Source: an uncultured Bacilli bacterium
GTDB taxonomy: Bacteria; Bacillota_I; Bacilli_A; RF39; UBA660
Length of the DNA: 64,000 nt
Assembly (NCBI GenBank): GCA_947598325.1
Contig: CANQFD010000002.1
Location: 154,765 to 218,764, forward strand
Direction of reading: 5' to 3'
Shown: positions 1 through 8,853 of the stretch, piece by piece
How positions within the stretch are numbered: position 1 is the stretch's first letter
Layout of the letters: the number at the start of each line of letters is the position of its first letter
Made by a program: the position numbers and the translations under genes
Notes under the pieces: generated by a model
What the model was told of the DNA's origin: nothing
What the model saw: only the letters and a program-made list of their open reading frames with translations
Databases searched by the model: none

Positions 1-570
1 ATCTAAATTTAAATTATTATCATAGTCTTTCAGATATTCATTTTTTATTACATCTTTAGGAATTATTTTAATTTGAATGCCTGAAATATTTTCATTTTTA
101 TTTCCACTAATTGCATCTTTCCCACAAGTCCACTCTAACCATTTATCTTTTTTATTATATGTTCTATAGCATATTTGATATTTTTTATCTATTTTTGTAT
201 CAGGAGAAAATCTTATCGCGCTGAAATTTTGATTTTTCATTTTTTGACTATTGCTTAAACGACTAAGCCATCCATTCTTTTTATTATAAACAGTATAACT
301 AAATGAACCTTTACTAAACATTCCAATCTTAAATTCAATATTCTTTATATTATATGATTTTTTTATATTTCCACTAGTCATTCCATTTTTTGACCATCTA
401 CTCCAACCATCTTCATTAGTATACGTCCTATAATATACATTAAATATACCAGCTTGTTGCATACCATCATTTTTTAAATTATTAAATACTAAAACTAAAA
501 ATATGATAATAACAAAACTTATAAATACTCCTATAAAAATTTTTTTATTTTTAGAATATTTTATTTTCAT
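1..570 (-). CDS. Membrane-anchored ChW-repeat protein (C-terminus lies beyond the window edge)
   Basis: Not in the ORF track because it runs off the window. The reverse complement from the ATG at 570 reads MKIKYSKNKKIFIGVFISFVIIIFLVLVF (TM anchor). At least three repeats follow carrying the ChW-type Y-x-x-Y..(G/K)W..W signature (YRTYTNEDGWSRWSKNG, YTVYNKKNGWLSRLSN, YRTYNKKDKWLEWTCGKD). Confidence 0.6.
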   Translation of the reverse strand, partial: MKIKYSKNKKIFIGVFISFVIIIFLVLVFNNLKNDGMQQAGIFNVYYRTYTNEDGWSRWSKNGMTSGNIKKSYNIKNIEFKIGMFSKGSFSYTVYNKKNGWLSRLSNSQKMKNQNFSAIRFSPDTKIDKKYQICYRTYNKKDKWLEWTCGKDAISGNKNENISGIQIKIIPKDVIKNEYLKDYDNNLNLD

Positions 571-892
571 AATATCATCCTCTACTATATAACTATAATA
601 ATTGTACTACATATTTTGTAAAAATAAAATACTAATCCATTATTTTTATACAAAAATTTCATTTTATACTTTAAAATTTTAAGTACATATAAATATTTTC
701 TCTAGATTTAATATCTTTTCACAATTATATTTTCAAATTCTAAACAATTAAATAATATTATATAAAATTATATAATTATATATAATAAAAAGTATAATAA
801 TTAATCACATAATAACTTCGTAATTAACTATTACACTTTTATATTATCAAATATATTAACGAAAAAATTAATTTTTCATAAAATATCCTGTT

Positions 893-2077
893 TTAATAAA
901 TTTTAATAAGTTTTTTTGATTTTATAGATTTTTCTGAAATATTACTTACATTTAACATGCCCATAACTCTAGGATTTGTACTTACTATTATTACATCTTC
1001 ATTAGGCGATTTCCACATTTCGTCAAAATTTGAAGGGAAGTATACAAAAGTTGATTTTATTATTTTATTTCCTTTATCATCTTGTGCATAAATATAAATA
1101 CATTTGTCCATCTTTACAGTTGTAGCGCATATTAATATACTATTTGAAATATCATTACCTTCTGAATCATATGCTCTAATTTTTCCATAATATTTTAAAT
1201 ATTTATAATTGTCAACAACATCATTAATTTCGTCACGTGGAAAATTTAAATTCATGTAGTCATTTTCAATAATAAGTTTTAGATTGCTATTATTTTCTTC
1301 AAGCGCCGGATTTAATAAATCAGCAATATTTTCATCACCAGTTACATTATATGTGTTATTATCAAATGTTATCTGTTTAATATCATAATTTGCGTAATCT
1401 TCTGGCATTGGCATTACTGGTGCATTTAGATATGGATCTTCAGTAGTTGCTGGTGCTTCCGTTGTAACTGGAGCACTAGTTGTTACTGGATTTTGAACTG
1501 TAACATTAGGTTTTTCTATTACATATGATGTTGGTGTTTCTGTTGTTTGTTTTTCATTTTCAATACTTTTTACTTTTATATATCTTTTCTTACTTGTTTT
1601 ATTTCCTGCTTTATCTTTTACTGTATATGTTATTACATATTCTCCAGCATTATTGAATGTAACACTTTTATTATTTTTTATTTTTTTAGCTATTGTTTTA
1701 TAATTTGTATTTCCTTTTTTTACTGTTACATTTATTTTTTTTGTTATATTTCCATCTTTATTATCTTTTGCTGTTACTTTTGGTATTTTTATGCTTTTTC
1801 CTTCTACAGTTGTCATTTTTGTTTTACCTTTAAATTTTAATACTGGTTTTTTCTTATCTTTCTTTGCTGCTTCTGTTTTTATTATTCCATCTTCCATTTT
1901 ACTTACTGGTGCATTTGTTGTTGCTAATACTAATGCTGTTGCTCCTATTAATGCTCCTTTTTTTAGATAATATTTACTACCTTTTTTTTCAATAGATAAG
2001 TCTATTATTTTTCCCTTTTCTTTCTTTTTTATTTGTTGTACTGCTTCTTTTAAACTCTCTAATATTTCTTTTTTCAT
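893..2077 (-). CDS. Type-II membrane-anchored surface protein with an Ig-like (DUF5011-type) domain, Thr/Pro linker and variable C-terminal domain (paralog 1)
   Basis: Start moved to the ATG at 2077 (GGAG 7 nt upstream, MKKEILESL). TM segment GALIGATALVLATT. The segment KPVLKFKG...AKDNKDGNIT...AGEYVITYTVKDKAGN...RYIKV fits the DUF5011 Ig-like pattern. The first 193 aa are identical to the 3151..4365 product. Confidence 0.6.
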   Translation of the reverse strand: MKKEILESLKEAVQQIKKKEKGKIIDLSIEKKGSKYYLKKGALIGATALVLATTNAPVSKMEDGIIKTEAAKKDKKKPVLKFKGKTKMTTVEGKSIKIPKVTAKDNKDGNITKKINVTVKKGNTNYKTIAKKIKNNKSVTFNNAGEYVITYTVKDKAGNKTSKKRYIKVKSIENEKQTTETPTSYVIEKPNVTVQNPVTTSAPVTTEAPATTEDPYLNAPVMPMPEDYANYDIKQITFDNNTYNVTGDENIADLLNPALEENNSNLKLIIENDYMNLNFPRDEINDVVDNYKYLKYYGKIRAYDSEGNDISNSILICATTVKMDKCIYIYAQDDKGNKIIKSTFVYFPSNFDEMWKSPNEDVIIVSTNPRVMGMLNVSNISEKSIKSKKLIKIY

Positions 2078-2083
2078 TTTAGA
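1499..2083 (-). repeat. Direct repeat copy 1 (core ~580 bp coding for identical protein; weaker similarity continues to ~1430 and ~2150)
   Basis: The two proteins are identical over aa 1-193. The antisense track ORFs 1547..1840 and 3835..4128 translate identically, so the DNA is identical over at least that stretch. Similarity resumes at the upstream tgtcaatagttttt motif. Confidence 0.85.
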
Positions 2084-2164
2084 GGTCTCCTTTCTTATCA
2101 TGCTTTATTTTAGTTATCTACTTGTAAATGTCAATAGTTTTTTTACCATTTTTTGGTAAAAATA

Positions 2165-3037
2165 CTATTTTAATCTAAGTATCAAATTTATAATTATTAC
2201 TGCATATACTAAAACTATTATAGTTAGTATAAATATGTCAGCAAAACCAGCTTTTTTTAAATCTTTATTTGGTTTTAATTCTAAATTTTTTTCTTGTTTT
2301 ATTTCTTCCTTTTTTTCTTCTTGTTTTGCTTCTTTATTTTCTTCTATTTGATTTGATAATCCATTTTTATTAATTGCAAATCTTACTCTAGTTATATATG
2401 ATTGTTTTGCTCTTAATATTTTTTCTTCACCATATACTTTTCCTTTTAATCTTGCTGCTTCTACATATAGTAATATATTATTAAAGCTATTATTTATTAC
2501 TTCTTCAAAATTAACTTTTTCAGTTATCTTTTGACTTTCTAATTTTTTTCCTGTTACATCATATTTTGTTAGATCGTTTGTAAATTCAGTATTATTTTTT
2601 ATACAATCAACGGCTTCATTTATTGTATTTCCTGTTACTATTCCAATTGCCCTTTCTTCATCTATTAATTTCGTTTCTGGATTTATAGCAAATGTACTTA
2701 ATATTTGATCTAGTTTACTAACATCCTTTTCATCAATTATCTTTTTTATATCATTTAATGTTTTTGTACTTTCTTCTTCATCAAGTATTTCTTCTGTTTC
2801 AACTGTTTCTGGTGTTTCTTGTTTTTTTGATTCTTGCATTTGTAAAAATTCTTCTACTTTTGAATAATCAACTGTATCATTTTCTATTTGATCAATAGTT
2901 ACAACTTGTTTATTCTTTAATATTACATTATTATTTGATGTATCTATTCCATATATATATTTATATTTATCTCTATTATTTGGATCTGAAAAATATTTTT
3001 GAATTCTATTTAGTACATCTTGATATCCATTTGCCAT
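2165..3037 (-). CDS. Hypothetical tail-anchored membrane protein (acidic/Lys-rich, single C-terminal TM)
   Basis: 290-aa ORF with a GGAGGA RBS upstream. C-terminal segment FADIFILTIIVLVYAVIIINLIL. No family recognised. Confidence 0.5.
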   Translation of the reverse strand: MANGYQDVLNRIQKYFSDPNNRDKYKYIYGIDTSNNNVILKNKQVVTIDQIENDTVDYSKVEEFLQMQESKKQETPETVETEEILDEEESTKTLNDIKKIIDEKDVSKLDQILSTFAINPETKLIDEERAIGIVTGNTINEAVDCIKNNTEFTNDLTKYDVTGKKLESQKITEKVNFEEVINNSFNNILLYVEAARLKGKVYGEEKILRAKQSYITRVRFAINKNGLSNQIEENKEAKQEEKKEEIKQEKNLELKPNKDLKKAGFADIFILTIIVLVYAVIIINLILRLK

Positions 3038-3150
3038 TTTATATCCTCCTCTATTATATATTGTATTATAACATATATAATAAAAAAAAAATAGTTTTCT
3101 CCTAAAAAAAGTTTTTATTTTTTAAGATAATTCTATTTTTTATTTGAATT

Positions 3151-4365
3151 TTAATAAGTTAATGTTAAACTTTTATCTTTTATTGAACTTTTTGTTAATG
3201 GATATCTATAATAGTAATACATAGCTCTTGGCTCTTCAATCTTTCTTATTATGTAATTTTCATCTCGAACACTTGAATCATATTGTTTAACAAAGTCTTC
3301 TTCTTTTACAATATTAAGATAAAGAACTCTTAGTGCTTTATTTTTATTCTCATCCTGTGCATATATGTATATATTATAATAACCATCAGTATTTACTTGT
3401 TTTTTTACATCTGGATATATAACTATACTTTCAAATATACTATTATCATCTTCGTCATATGCAAACACCTCACCTAATATGCATAATTCCTTATAATTAT
3501 CTATTATATCATCCATATCATTTTCTGAAATTGTTACCATATAGAAATCAAAGGATTTCATTAAATCTATTTTTTCAGAGTTATTTTCTTGTGCTTCTTC
3601 AATTAATTTAAAAAATTCTGGATCATTTGTAACTTTATAATAACTAGGACCTGCTTTAATAGTTTTGATATCATAATTTTTATATTCTTCTGGCGTTGGG
3701 ATTACTAATGTATCTGGATATGGATCTTCAGTAGTTGCTGGTGCTTCTGTTGTTACTGGTGCTTCTGTTGTTACTGGAGTTTGAGTTGTAACATTAGGTT
3801 TTTCTATTACATATGATGTTGGTGTTTCTGTTGTTTGTTTTTCATTTTCAATACTTTTTACTTTTATATATCTTTTCTTACTTGTTTTATTTCCTGCTTT
3901 ATCTTTTACTGTATATGTTATTACATATTCTCCAGCATTATTGAATGTAACACTTTTATTATTTTTTATTTTTTTAGCTATTGTTTTATAATTTGTATTT
4001 CCTTTTTTTACTGTTACATTTATTTTTTTTGTTATATTTCCATCTTTATTATCTTTTGCTGTTACTTTTGGTATTTTTATGCTTTTTCCTTCTACAGTTG
4101 TCATTTTTGTTTTACCTTTAAATTTTAATACTGGTTTTTTCTTATCTTTCTTTGCTGCTTCTGTTTTTATTATTCCATCTTCCATTTTACTTACTGGTGC
4201 ATTTGTTGTTGCTAATACTAATGCTGTTGCTCCTATTAATGCTCCTTTTTTTAGATAATATTTACTACCTTTTTTTTCAATAGATAAGTCTATTATTTTT
4301 CCCTTTTCTTTCTTTTTTATTTGTTGTACTGCTTCTTTTAAACTCTCTAATATTTCTTTTTTCAT
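3151..4365 (-). CDS. Type-II membrane-anchored Ig-like (DUF5011-type) surface protein (paralog 2, different C-terminal domain)
   Basis: Same N-terminal 193 aa as paralog 1, then a TTEAPVTTEAPATTEDPY linker. The ~190-aa C-terminal domain is only distantly similar to that of paralog 1. Confidence 0.6.
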   Translation of the reverse strand: MKKEILESLKEAVQQIKKKEKGKIIDLSIEKKGSKYYLKKGALIGATALVLATTNAPVSKMEDGIIKTEAAKKDKKKPVLKFKGKTKMTTVEGKSIKIPKVTAKDNKDGNITKKINVTVKKGNTNYKTIAKKIKNNKSVTFNNAGEYVITYTVKDKAGNKTSKKRYIKVKSIENEKQTTETPTSYVIEKPNVTTQTPVTTEAPVTTEAPATTEDPYPDTLVIPTPEEYKNYDIKTIKAGPSYYKVTNDPEFFKLIEEAQENNSEKIDLMKSFDFYMVTISENDMDDIIDNYKELCILGEVFAYDEDDNSIFESIVIYPDVKKQVNTDGYYNIYIYAQDENKNKALRVLYLNIVKEEDFVKQYDSSVRDENYIIRKIEEPRAMYYYYRYPLTKSSIKDKSLTLTY

Positions 4366-4371
4366 TTTAGG
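3787..4371 (-). repeat. Direct repeat copy 2 (partner of 1499..2083)
   Basis: See copy 1. Confidence 0.85.
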
Positions 4372-4440
4372 AGTCTCCTTTCTTATGTGCTTAGTTATAT
4401 TTTAGTTTATCTTTTATAATTGTCAATAGTTTTTATATAA

Positions 4441-4477
4441 AGAAAAGATGAACTATATATAATCATAGTTCATCTTT
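4441..4477 (-). terminator. Rho-independent terminator after the SASP gene
   Basis: 13-bp stem aaagatgaactat / atagttcatcttt with an 8-nt loop. On the minus strand it is followed by ttttctttat. Confidence 0.6.
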
Positions 4478-4504
4478 AATATATTTAAATAGTTGTTAAA
4501 CTAA

Positions 4505-4717
4505 TTATTTATTTTGCATGTTATATCCACCACTTATTTGTGATTGACCCATTTGTACTAATCTACGAGTTATTTCACCACCTACAGAACCATTAGCTCT
4601 TGCAGTAGCATCAGCACCTAATTTAACACCAAATTCATTAGCTATTTCATATTTCATTCTTTCGATAGCTTGTTTTGATTCAGGTGTAACTAATTTATTA
4701 CTTGATCCACTTGTCAT
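4505..4717 (-). CDS. Alpha/beta-type small acid-soluble spore protein
   Basis: 70 aa. The segment [12 protein letters not shown]...[17 protein letters not shown] matches the conserved SASP alpha/beta core. Strong RBS (taggaggtgaaaataaATG). Confidence 0.9.
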   Translation of the reverse strand: MTSGSSNKLVTPESKQAIERMKYEIANEFGVKLGADATARANGSVGGEITRRLVQMGQSQISGGYNMQNK

Positions 4718-4741
4718 TTATTTTCACCTCCTATACATTAA

Positions 4742-4770
4742 TAGAATGTGAAAAATTTAACATATCATAC
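4742..4770 (-). promoter_or_regulatory. Forespore sigma-G-type promoter candidate for the SASP gene
   Basis: The minus strand reads GTATG-N17-CATTCTA, fitting GHATR-N17/18-CATxxTA. It lies ~20 nt upstream of the RBS. Confidence 0.45.
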
Positions 4771-4805
4771 GTTTTATTATATGGTAATTAGTGGAAAAGA
4801 GAGAA

Positions 4806-5804
4806 TTAAATTCTCTCTTCTTCAAATTCATTACTAATAGTTTTATTTGTATTAGTAGTTGTAGTATCTCCTTGAAGTACATTTATTATTCCATTCATTT
4901 TTTGTTGAACTCCATTTAATTGTTCTTCTAATTGACTACCTTTTTCTACCAATTCATCTTTTTCTTTTTTAAGTGATAGTGTTTCTTTTTGTTTTTCAAA
5001 CAAATCAAATTTTGTTTTTGATAATTCTTCTTCTAATGCTTCTATTTGTTGTTGTTGTTTAGTATAAACATTTAAAAGCAATGGTTCTACTTCTTTTTTA
5101 AATTTTTCTTTATACTTTTGTGTAGAATCACTTCCTACTTCTATATTTTCAATAACATCTTGTTTTTCTTCACTTACAATATTATTTACTGGATTCATAT
5201 TAGTACTAACATCTGGTTTTGAATTAAACATAACATTATCAACATGCTTATTTCTTGCTTGAAGTTCTTCAAAAGTTGGTATTTCTATTGTTTTATTTAA
5301 GATATCATCTTTTTCATTTGTTTGACTTTGATTTAATATAAAATCTGCTGGTGTATTTACAGCTGGTTCAACATTTAAATTATTAATTTTATTTACCATA
5401 ACTGGTTCTTCTTTAGTTTCCTCATATTTACTAGCTAAAGTATCTGCAAATTTTTTTGAAACTAAAAGTTTTTTAGGTCTTCTAACAGAAACTTCTTCAT
5501 TAGAAAATTTTAAATCACATTTTAAATTTTCTGGAATTTTTTCATTTATATCTCTTGCTAAAGTTTTCATTACATCTTTTATTTCATTCCATTCATCATT
5601 AGTTTGTATTTCCTTGTATGAATAAATTCCATTTTCTAAAACAACACCTGTTGAATATATTTTTATCATTTGGTTATCATTAATTTCACCATATGTATAT
5701 GTAATATAGTTATTATTGTTTGATAATTTATATTTTGCTAGTATTTGAGCTTCCTCTCTTATTCCTTCTTCATTAATTATATAAAATTTAACCTTATTGT
5801 CCAT
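4806..5804 (-). CDS. Hypothetical protein with a DUF1292-like N-terminal domain and C-terminal coiled coil
   Basis: Start moved to the ATG at 5804 (AGAGGTG 6 nt upstream). The N-terminus FYIINEEGIREEAQILAKY...YITYTY...TNDEWNEIKDV resembles the YrzB/DUF1292 pattern. The C-terminus has heptad-like EQ/K-rich sequence. Confidence 0.45.
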   Translation of the reverse strand: MDNKVKFYIINEEGIREEAQILAKYKLSNNNNYITYTYGEINDNQMIKIYSTGVVLENGIYSYKEIQTNDEWNEIKDVMKTLARDINEKIPENLKCDLKFSNEEVSVRRPKKLLVSKKFADTLASKYEETKEEPVMVNKINNLNVEPAVNTPADFILNQSQTNEKDDILNKTIEIPTFEELQARNKHVDNVMFNSKPDVSTNMNPVNNIVSEEKQDVIENIEVGSDSTQKYKEKFKKEVEPLLLNVYTKQQQQIEALEEELSKTKFDLFEKQKETLSLKKEKDELVEKGSQLEEQLNGVQQKMNGIINVLQGDTTTTNTNKTISNEFEEERI

Positions 5805-5837
5805 AAATAACACCTCTTTACTATAATAAAAATTATA

Positions 5838-6122
5838 TCATATATTAATTTTTTTAGCAACAAAATATTTACATCCATAAGCACAACTATTACTAATATA
5901 GTTTTTTAAATTACTTATTTTATTTATATCTTTTGCTTTTTTGTTATTATCTTCGTAAAAACCTTTTAATCTAAGTTTATCATAAGCCCAGTCACCAACA
6001 ACATAATCAAAATCATAAAAGTAATCTGTACACTTATCAATAAACTCACTTTGTACAAAGCCACCTTTATAATCTTCTATAATTTCATATTTAATTTCAT
6101 TTATACAAACTATATTTTTCAT
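5838..6122 (-). CDS. yutD: YutD-like protein (DUF1027)
   Basis: The segment YEIIEDYKGGF...DYVVGDWAYDKLRLKGFY......CAYGCKYFV matches my recollection of the YutD family core. Confidence 0.65.
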   Translation of the reverse strand: MKNIVCINEIKYEIIEDYKGGFVQSEFIDKCTDYFYDFDYVVGDWAYDKLRLKGFYEDNNKKAKDINKISNLKNYISNSCAYGCKYFVAKKINI

Positions 6123-6161
6123 ATATACTCTCCTACATATGATTTTATTATAACATATTAT

Positions 6162-6920
6162 TTATTTAGAACCAATTGGTATCGATAATATATTTGAATC
6201 TTTAGACAATTGTCCATTACTATAATATTCAGGAACCGTTCCTTGAACTATTTTAATAGCTATTGGAACATTATTTATAACTTTAATTCTTTCAGTTTGA
6301 AATGGAATTATAACTTCTTCAGTTACTTCAATTTTTGCATAAATCTCAACAATAGCACTATTTATTCCATAGTTATTAACACTAGTTTCTATACTACTAA
6401 CTACATTACCAACTAAATTAAGCTTTACAGGAACTTTTGGTCCTAAATTTGATAATAATACATTATTAGTTATTATTCCCATTGGTATTTCTGATATAAC
6501 ACCATTTTTTAATTTTTTTAAATCATAATCTTCAGCATTTAAAAAAGTTAGATTATCTATTTTTCCAGTTTCTATTTTTTTTAAATTATCACTTACTATA
6601 GAAGCTGTTTTAGATAATACTTTATTTACTATAACAGGATTAAAATCAATAGTTTGTATTTCACCTGAATTATTTTGAATAACATCAAAAATGTCGTCTT
6701 CTTTTAATATATTTAAAACATCGTCATTAACAGAGTCATTTATTATAAATATTGCCATTTTTTTACAATCTATTTTAGCTTGTTTCATTAAAACTGGAAA
6801 TGCTTTTTTACCGCAATAATTTAAAAATAACATTACAAAGATTATTATAAGTATAATAATGATTGAAATTTTTGTTGAAATTTTAATTTTTTTTCTAGAT
6901 TTTAATTTTATTTTTTTCAT
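6162..6920 (-). CDS. yunB: Sporulation protein YunB
   Basis: N-terminal TM. The C-terminal block IPMG..NNVLLSNLGPKVPVKLNLVGNV...GINSAIVEIYAKIEV...IPF...VPIAIKIVQGTVPEYY is the YunB signature as I recall it. Confidence 0.75.
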   Translation of the reverse strand: MKKIKLKSRKKIKISTKISIIIILIIIFVMLFLNYCGKKAFPVLMKQAKIDCKKMAIFIINDSVNDDVLNILKEDDIFDVIQNNSGEIQTIDFNPVIVNKVLSKTASIVSDNLKKIETGKIDNLTFLNAEDYDLKKLKNGVISEIPMGIITNNVLLSNLGPKVPVKLNLVGNVVSSIETSVNNYGINSAIVEIYAKIEVTEEVIIPFQTERIKVINNVPIAIKIVQGTVPEYYSNGQLSKDSNILSIPIGSK

Positions 6921-6968
6921 ATATGCACCTAGTTAAATATATGAAAAAAAAGAAAATTATATAATTTT

Positions 6969-7748
6969 CTAACTAATCAAATATTTGTTTATTAAAATTA
7001 TTCCCATAATAACTAATATAACTGTAACTATAAATATGAGAATTTTAATAAATAAATTTGTTCTTTTTACTTCATCCTTCATACTATTTATACTTTCAAA
7101 GTCTTTTGCATCAAACATAAATGTATCTGTGCTATATTCCGTAGAATCTTCATTGTTATCTACTTTTTTTATATTTAAAGACGTTTTAGTATTATCTATT
7201 GGTTTTGTAACTATAGTATCTCCACTAGGTTTTAAGTCTTCAAATAAATCTAAAGCTAAATCCGTTGTATTTACATTAGTTAATGTATTCATTATATTAA
7301 GTAATTGTTTTTCTTCTTTTACTAAATCTTGATATACTTTTCTGGTTTTAGCAAGTTCTTCTTCTATTTGTTTATTTGTTTTTAAATTATAATGTTCTCT
7401 TTTTCTTTTTTCATTTGCTTCTTCTATAATATCTCTTTTATTTTTTGCTTCTTTTAAAACCTCATTTATATCATATAATTTTTTTGGATAATCATCTTCA
7501 AATTTAGGTAAATCAGAGTATATATTAGGATCAATCTTTACATCTTTTTTTACCTTTTTATCTTTTCTTTCCATATCTATTATTTCTTTTATTTTTGATA
7601 TATCTATTTCATTAGAATCATCTATGACAACCATATTTGAATAATTTGTATTTGAATATAAATCTTCATACAATTCTTTATTTTTTTTTGAACGGCTTAA
7701 AGTATTATTATCATTAATATTATTATACCTGTCCATACGAGACATCAT
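6969..7748 (-). CDS. Hypothetical tail-anchored coiled-coil protein
   Basis: AGGTGA RBS 5 nt before the ATG at 7748 (MMSRMDRY). C-terminal TM LFIKILIFIVTVILVIMGIILI. No family recognised. Confidence 0.5.
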   Translation of the reverse strand: MMSRMDRYNNINDNNTLSRSKKNKELYEDLYSNTNYSNMVVIDDSNEIDISKIKEIIDMERKDKKVKKDVKIDPNIYSDLPKFEDDYPKKLYDINEVLKEAKNKRDIIEEANEKRKREHYNLKTNKQIEEELAKTRKVYQDLVKEEKQLLNIMNTLTNVNTTDLALDLFEDLKPSGDTIVTKPIDNTKTSLNIKKVDNNEDSTEYSTDTFMFDAKDFESINSMKDEVKRTNLFIKILIFIVTVILVIMGIILINKYLIS

Positions 7749-7856
7749 GATTATCACCTACTTTAATAAATAATAACATATTTTTTAATTTTTTTAAATA
7801 TTTTTATTTATATTTAACTTTATTAATAGTATAATTAATTATATGGAGGTATTTGT

Positions 7857-8054
7857 ATGAGGTATAAAGTTAATAAGGATAAATGCATAGGATGTGGAAT
7901 GTGCGTTGGAATAACAAATGGTACTGTATTTGATTTTGATGAAGATGATAATCTTGCAAAGGCAAACAATGATGAAATTAATGATGAAACTAAAGATTTA
8001 GCAATTGAAGCATGTAATTCTTGTCCTGTTGGAGCAATTGAAAAGGAAAATTAA
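7857..8054 (+). CDS. Small 4Fe-4S ferredoxin
   Basis: 65 aa. Contains CIGCGMC...C(N)SCPVGAI, the cysteine pattern of a single-cluster ferredoxin. GGAGG RBS. Confidence 0.8.
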   Translation: MRYKVNKDKCIGCGMCVGITNGTVFDFDEDDNLAKANNDEINDETKDLAIEACNSCPVGAIEKEN

Positions 8055-8060
8055 GATTTT

Positions 8061-8085
8061 AAAAACATCGAAAGATGTTTTTTAT
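8061..8085. terminator. Bidirectional hairpin between the convergent ferredoxin and rluB genes
   Basis: Sequence aaaaacatc-gaaa-gatgttttt, flanked by an A-tract and a T-tract. Confidence 0.6.
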
Positions 8086-8798
8086 TTATTAGTATAATTA
8101 TATAATTGTTTTATTTCTTTTGAAGTTAATTTTCTATATTTACCAGATGTTAAACCATTCAAAGTTATAAATGCATAAGATTCTCTTTTTAATTTAATAA
8201 CTTTATAACCAACTTCTTCAAATATTTTTTTAATTTCATGATTTTTACCTTCATGTATAACAATTTCAACAATACATGTATTACTTTTTTTATCTAATGA
8301 TTTTAATTTTATTTTATCAACAGTATATTTAGTTTTATCAATAATAAGACCTTGTTTTATTTTTTTTATTGAATAACCATCTATTATACCTTTTAATTTT
8401 GCTATATAAGTCTTTTGTATTTTATTTTTAGGATGCATCATTAAGTTTGCAAATTCTCCATCATTTGTAATTAATATTATACCGCTTGTATCATAATCTA
8501 ATCTACCTACTGGATACAATCTTTTATTCGAATCAAAAAAATCAATGACAGTCTTTCTACCTTTATCATCTTTTGTACTACTTATTACACCTCTTGGTTT
8601 ATATAATGCATAATATTCTTTATCTTGTTTTGATATAGCATTACCATCCACTATTATTTCATCCTTATTTGATACTTTAACACCAAGAGTAGATGTAATA
8701 ACCCCGTTAACTAAAACTTTATTATTTTTTATATACTCTTCTGCTTTTCTTCTAGAGCAAAAACCAGAATCCGCGATTGCTTTTTGTAATCTAATCAC
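8082..8798 (-). CDS. rluB: 23S rRNA pseudouridine synthase, RluB/RsuA family
   Basis: S4 domain (RLQKAIADSGFCSRRKAEEYI) plus the catalytic motif GRLDYDTSGIILITNDG. GTG start 5 nt after GAAGGTG. Confidence 0.85.
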   Translation of the reverse strand: MIRLQKAIADSGFCSRRKAEEYIKNNKVLVNGVITSTLGVKVSNKDEIIVDGNAISKQDKEYYALYKPRGVISSTKDDKGRKTVIDFFDSNKRLYPVGRLDYDTSGIILITNDGEFANLMMHPKNKIQKTYIAKLKGIIDGYSIKKIKQGLIIDKTKYTVDKIKLKSLDKKSNTCIVEIVIHEGKNHEIKKIFEEVGYKVIKLKRESYAFITLNGLTSGKYRKLTSKEIKQLYNYTNK

Positions 8799-8853
8799 AT
8801 TAACACCTTCAAACTAAATGAAAGTATAACATGTTTTACTAAATTAATCAAAA

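Noticed and set aside
1228-1245. parS-like sequence (tttcgtCACGTGgaaaat)
   Set aside because: About 11 of 16 positions match TGTTNCACGTGAAACA, and only the CACGTG core is convincing. It lies inside an unrelated coding region far from parAB.
1547-1840. 97-aa plus-strand ORF, and its identical twin at 3835..4128
   Set aside because: It is antisense to well-supported Lys/Thr-rich genes. The product is almost entirely Phe/Ile/Tyr/Cys, as expected from the reverse complement of AAA/GAA-rich coding sequence, and there is no RBS. It is useful only as proof that the two repeat copies are identical there.
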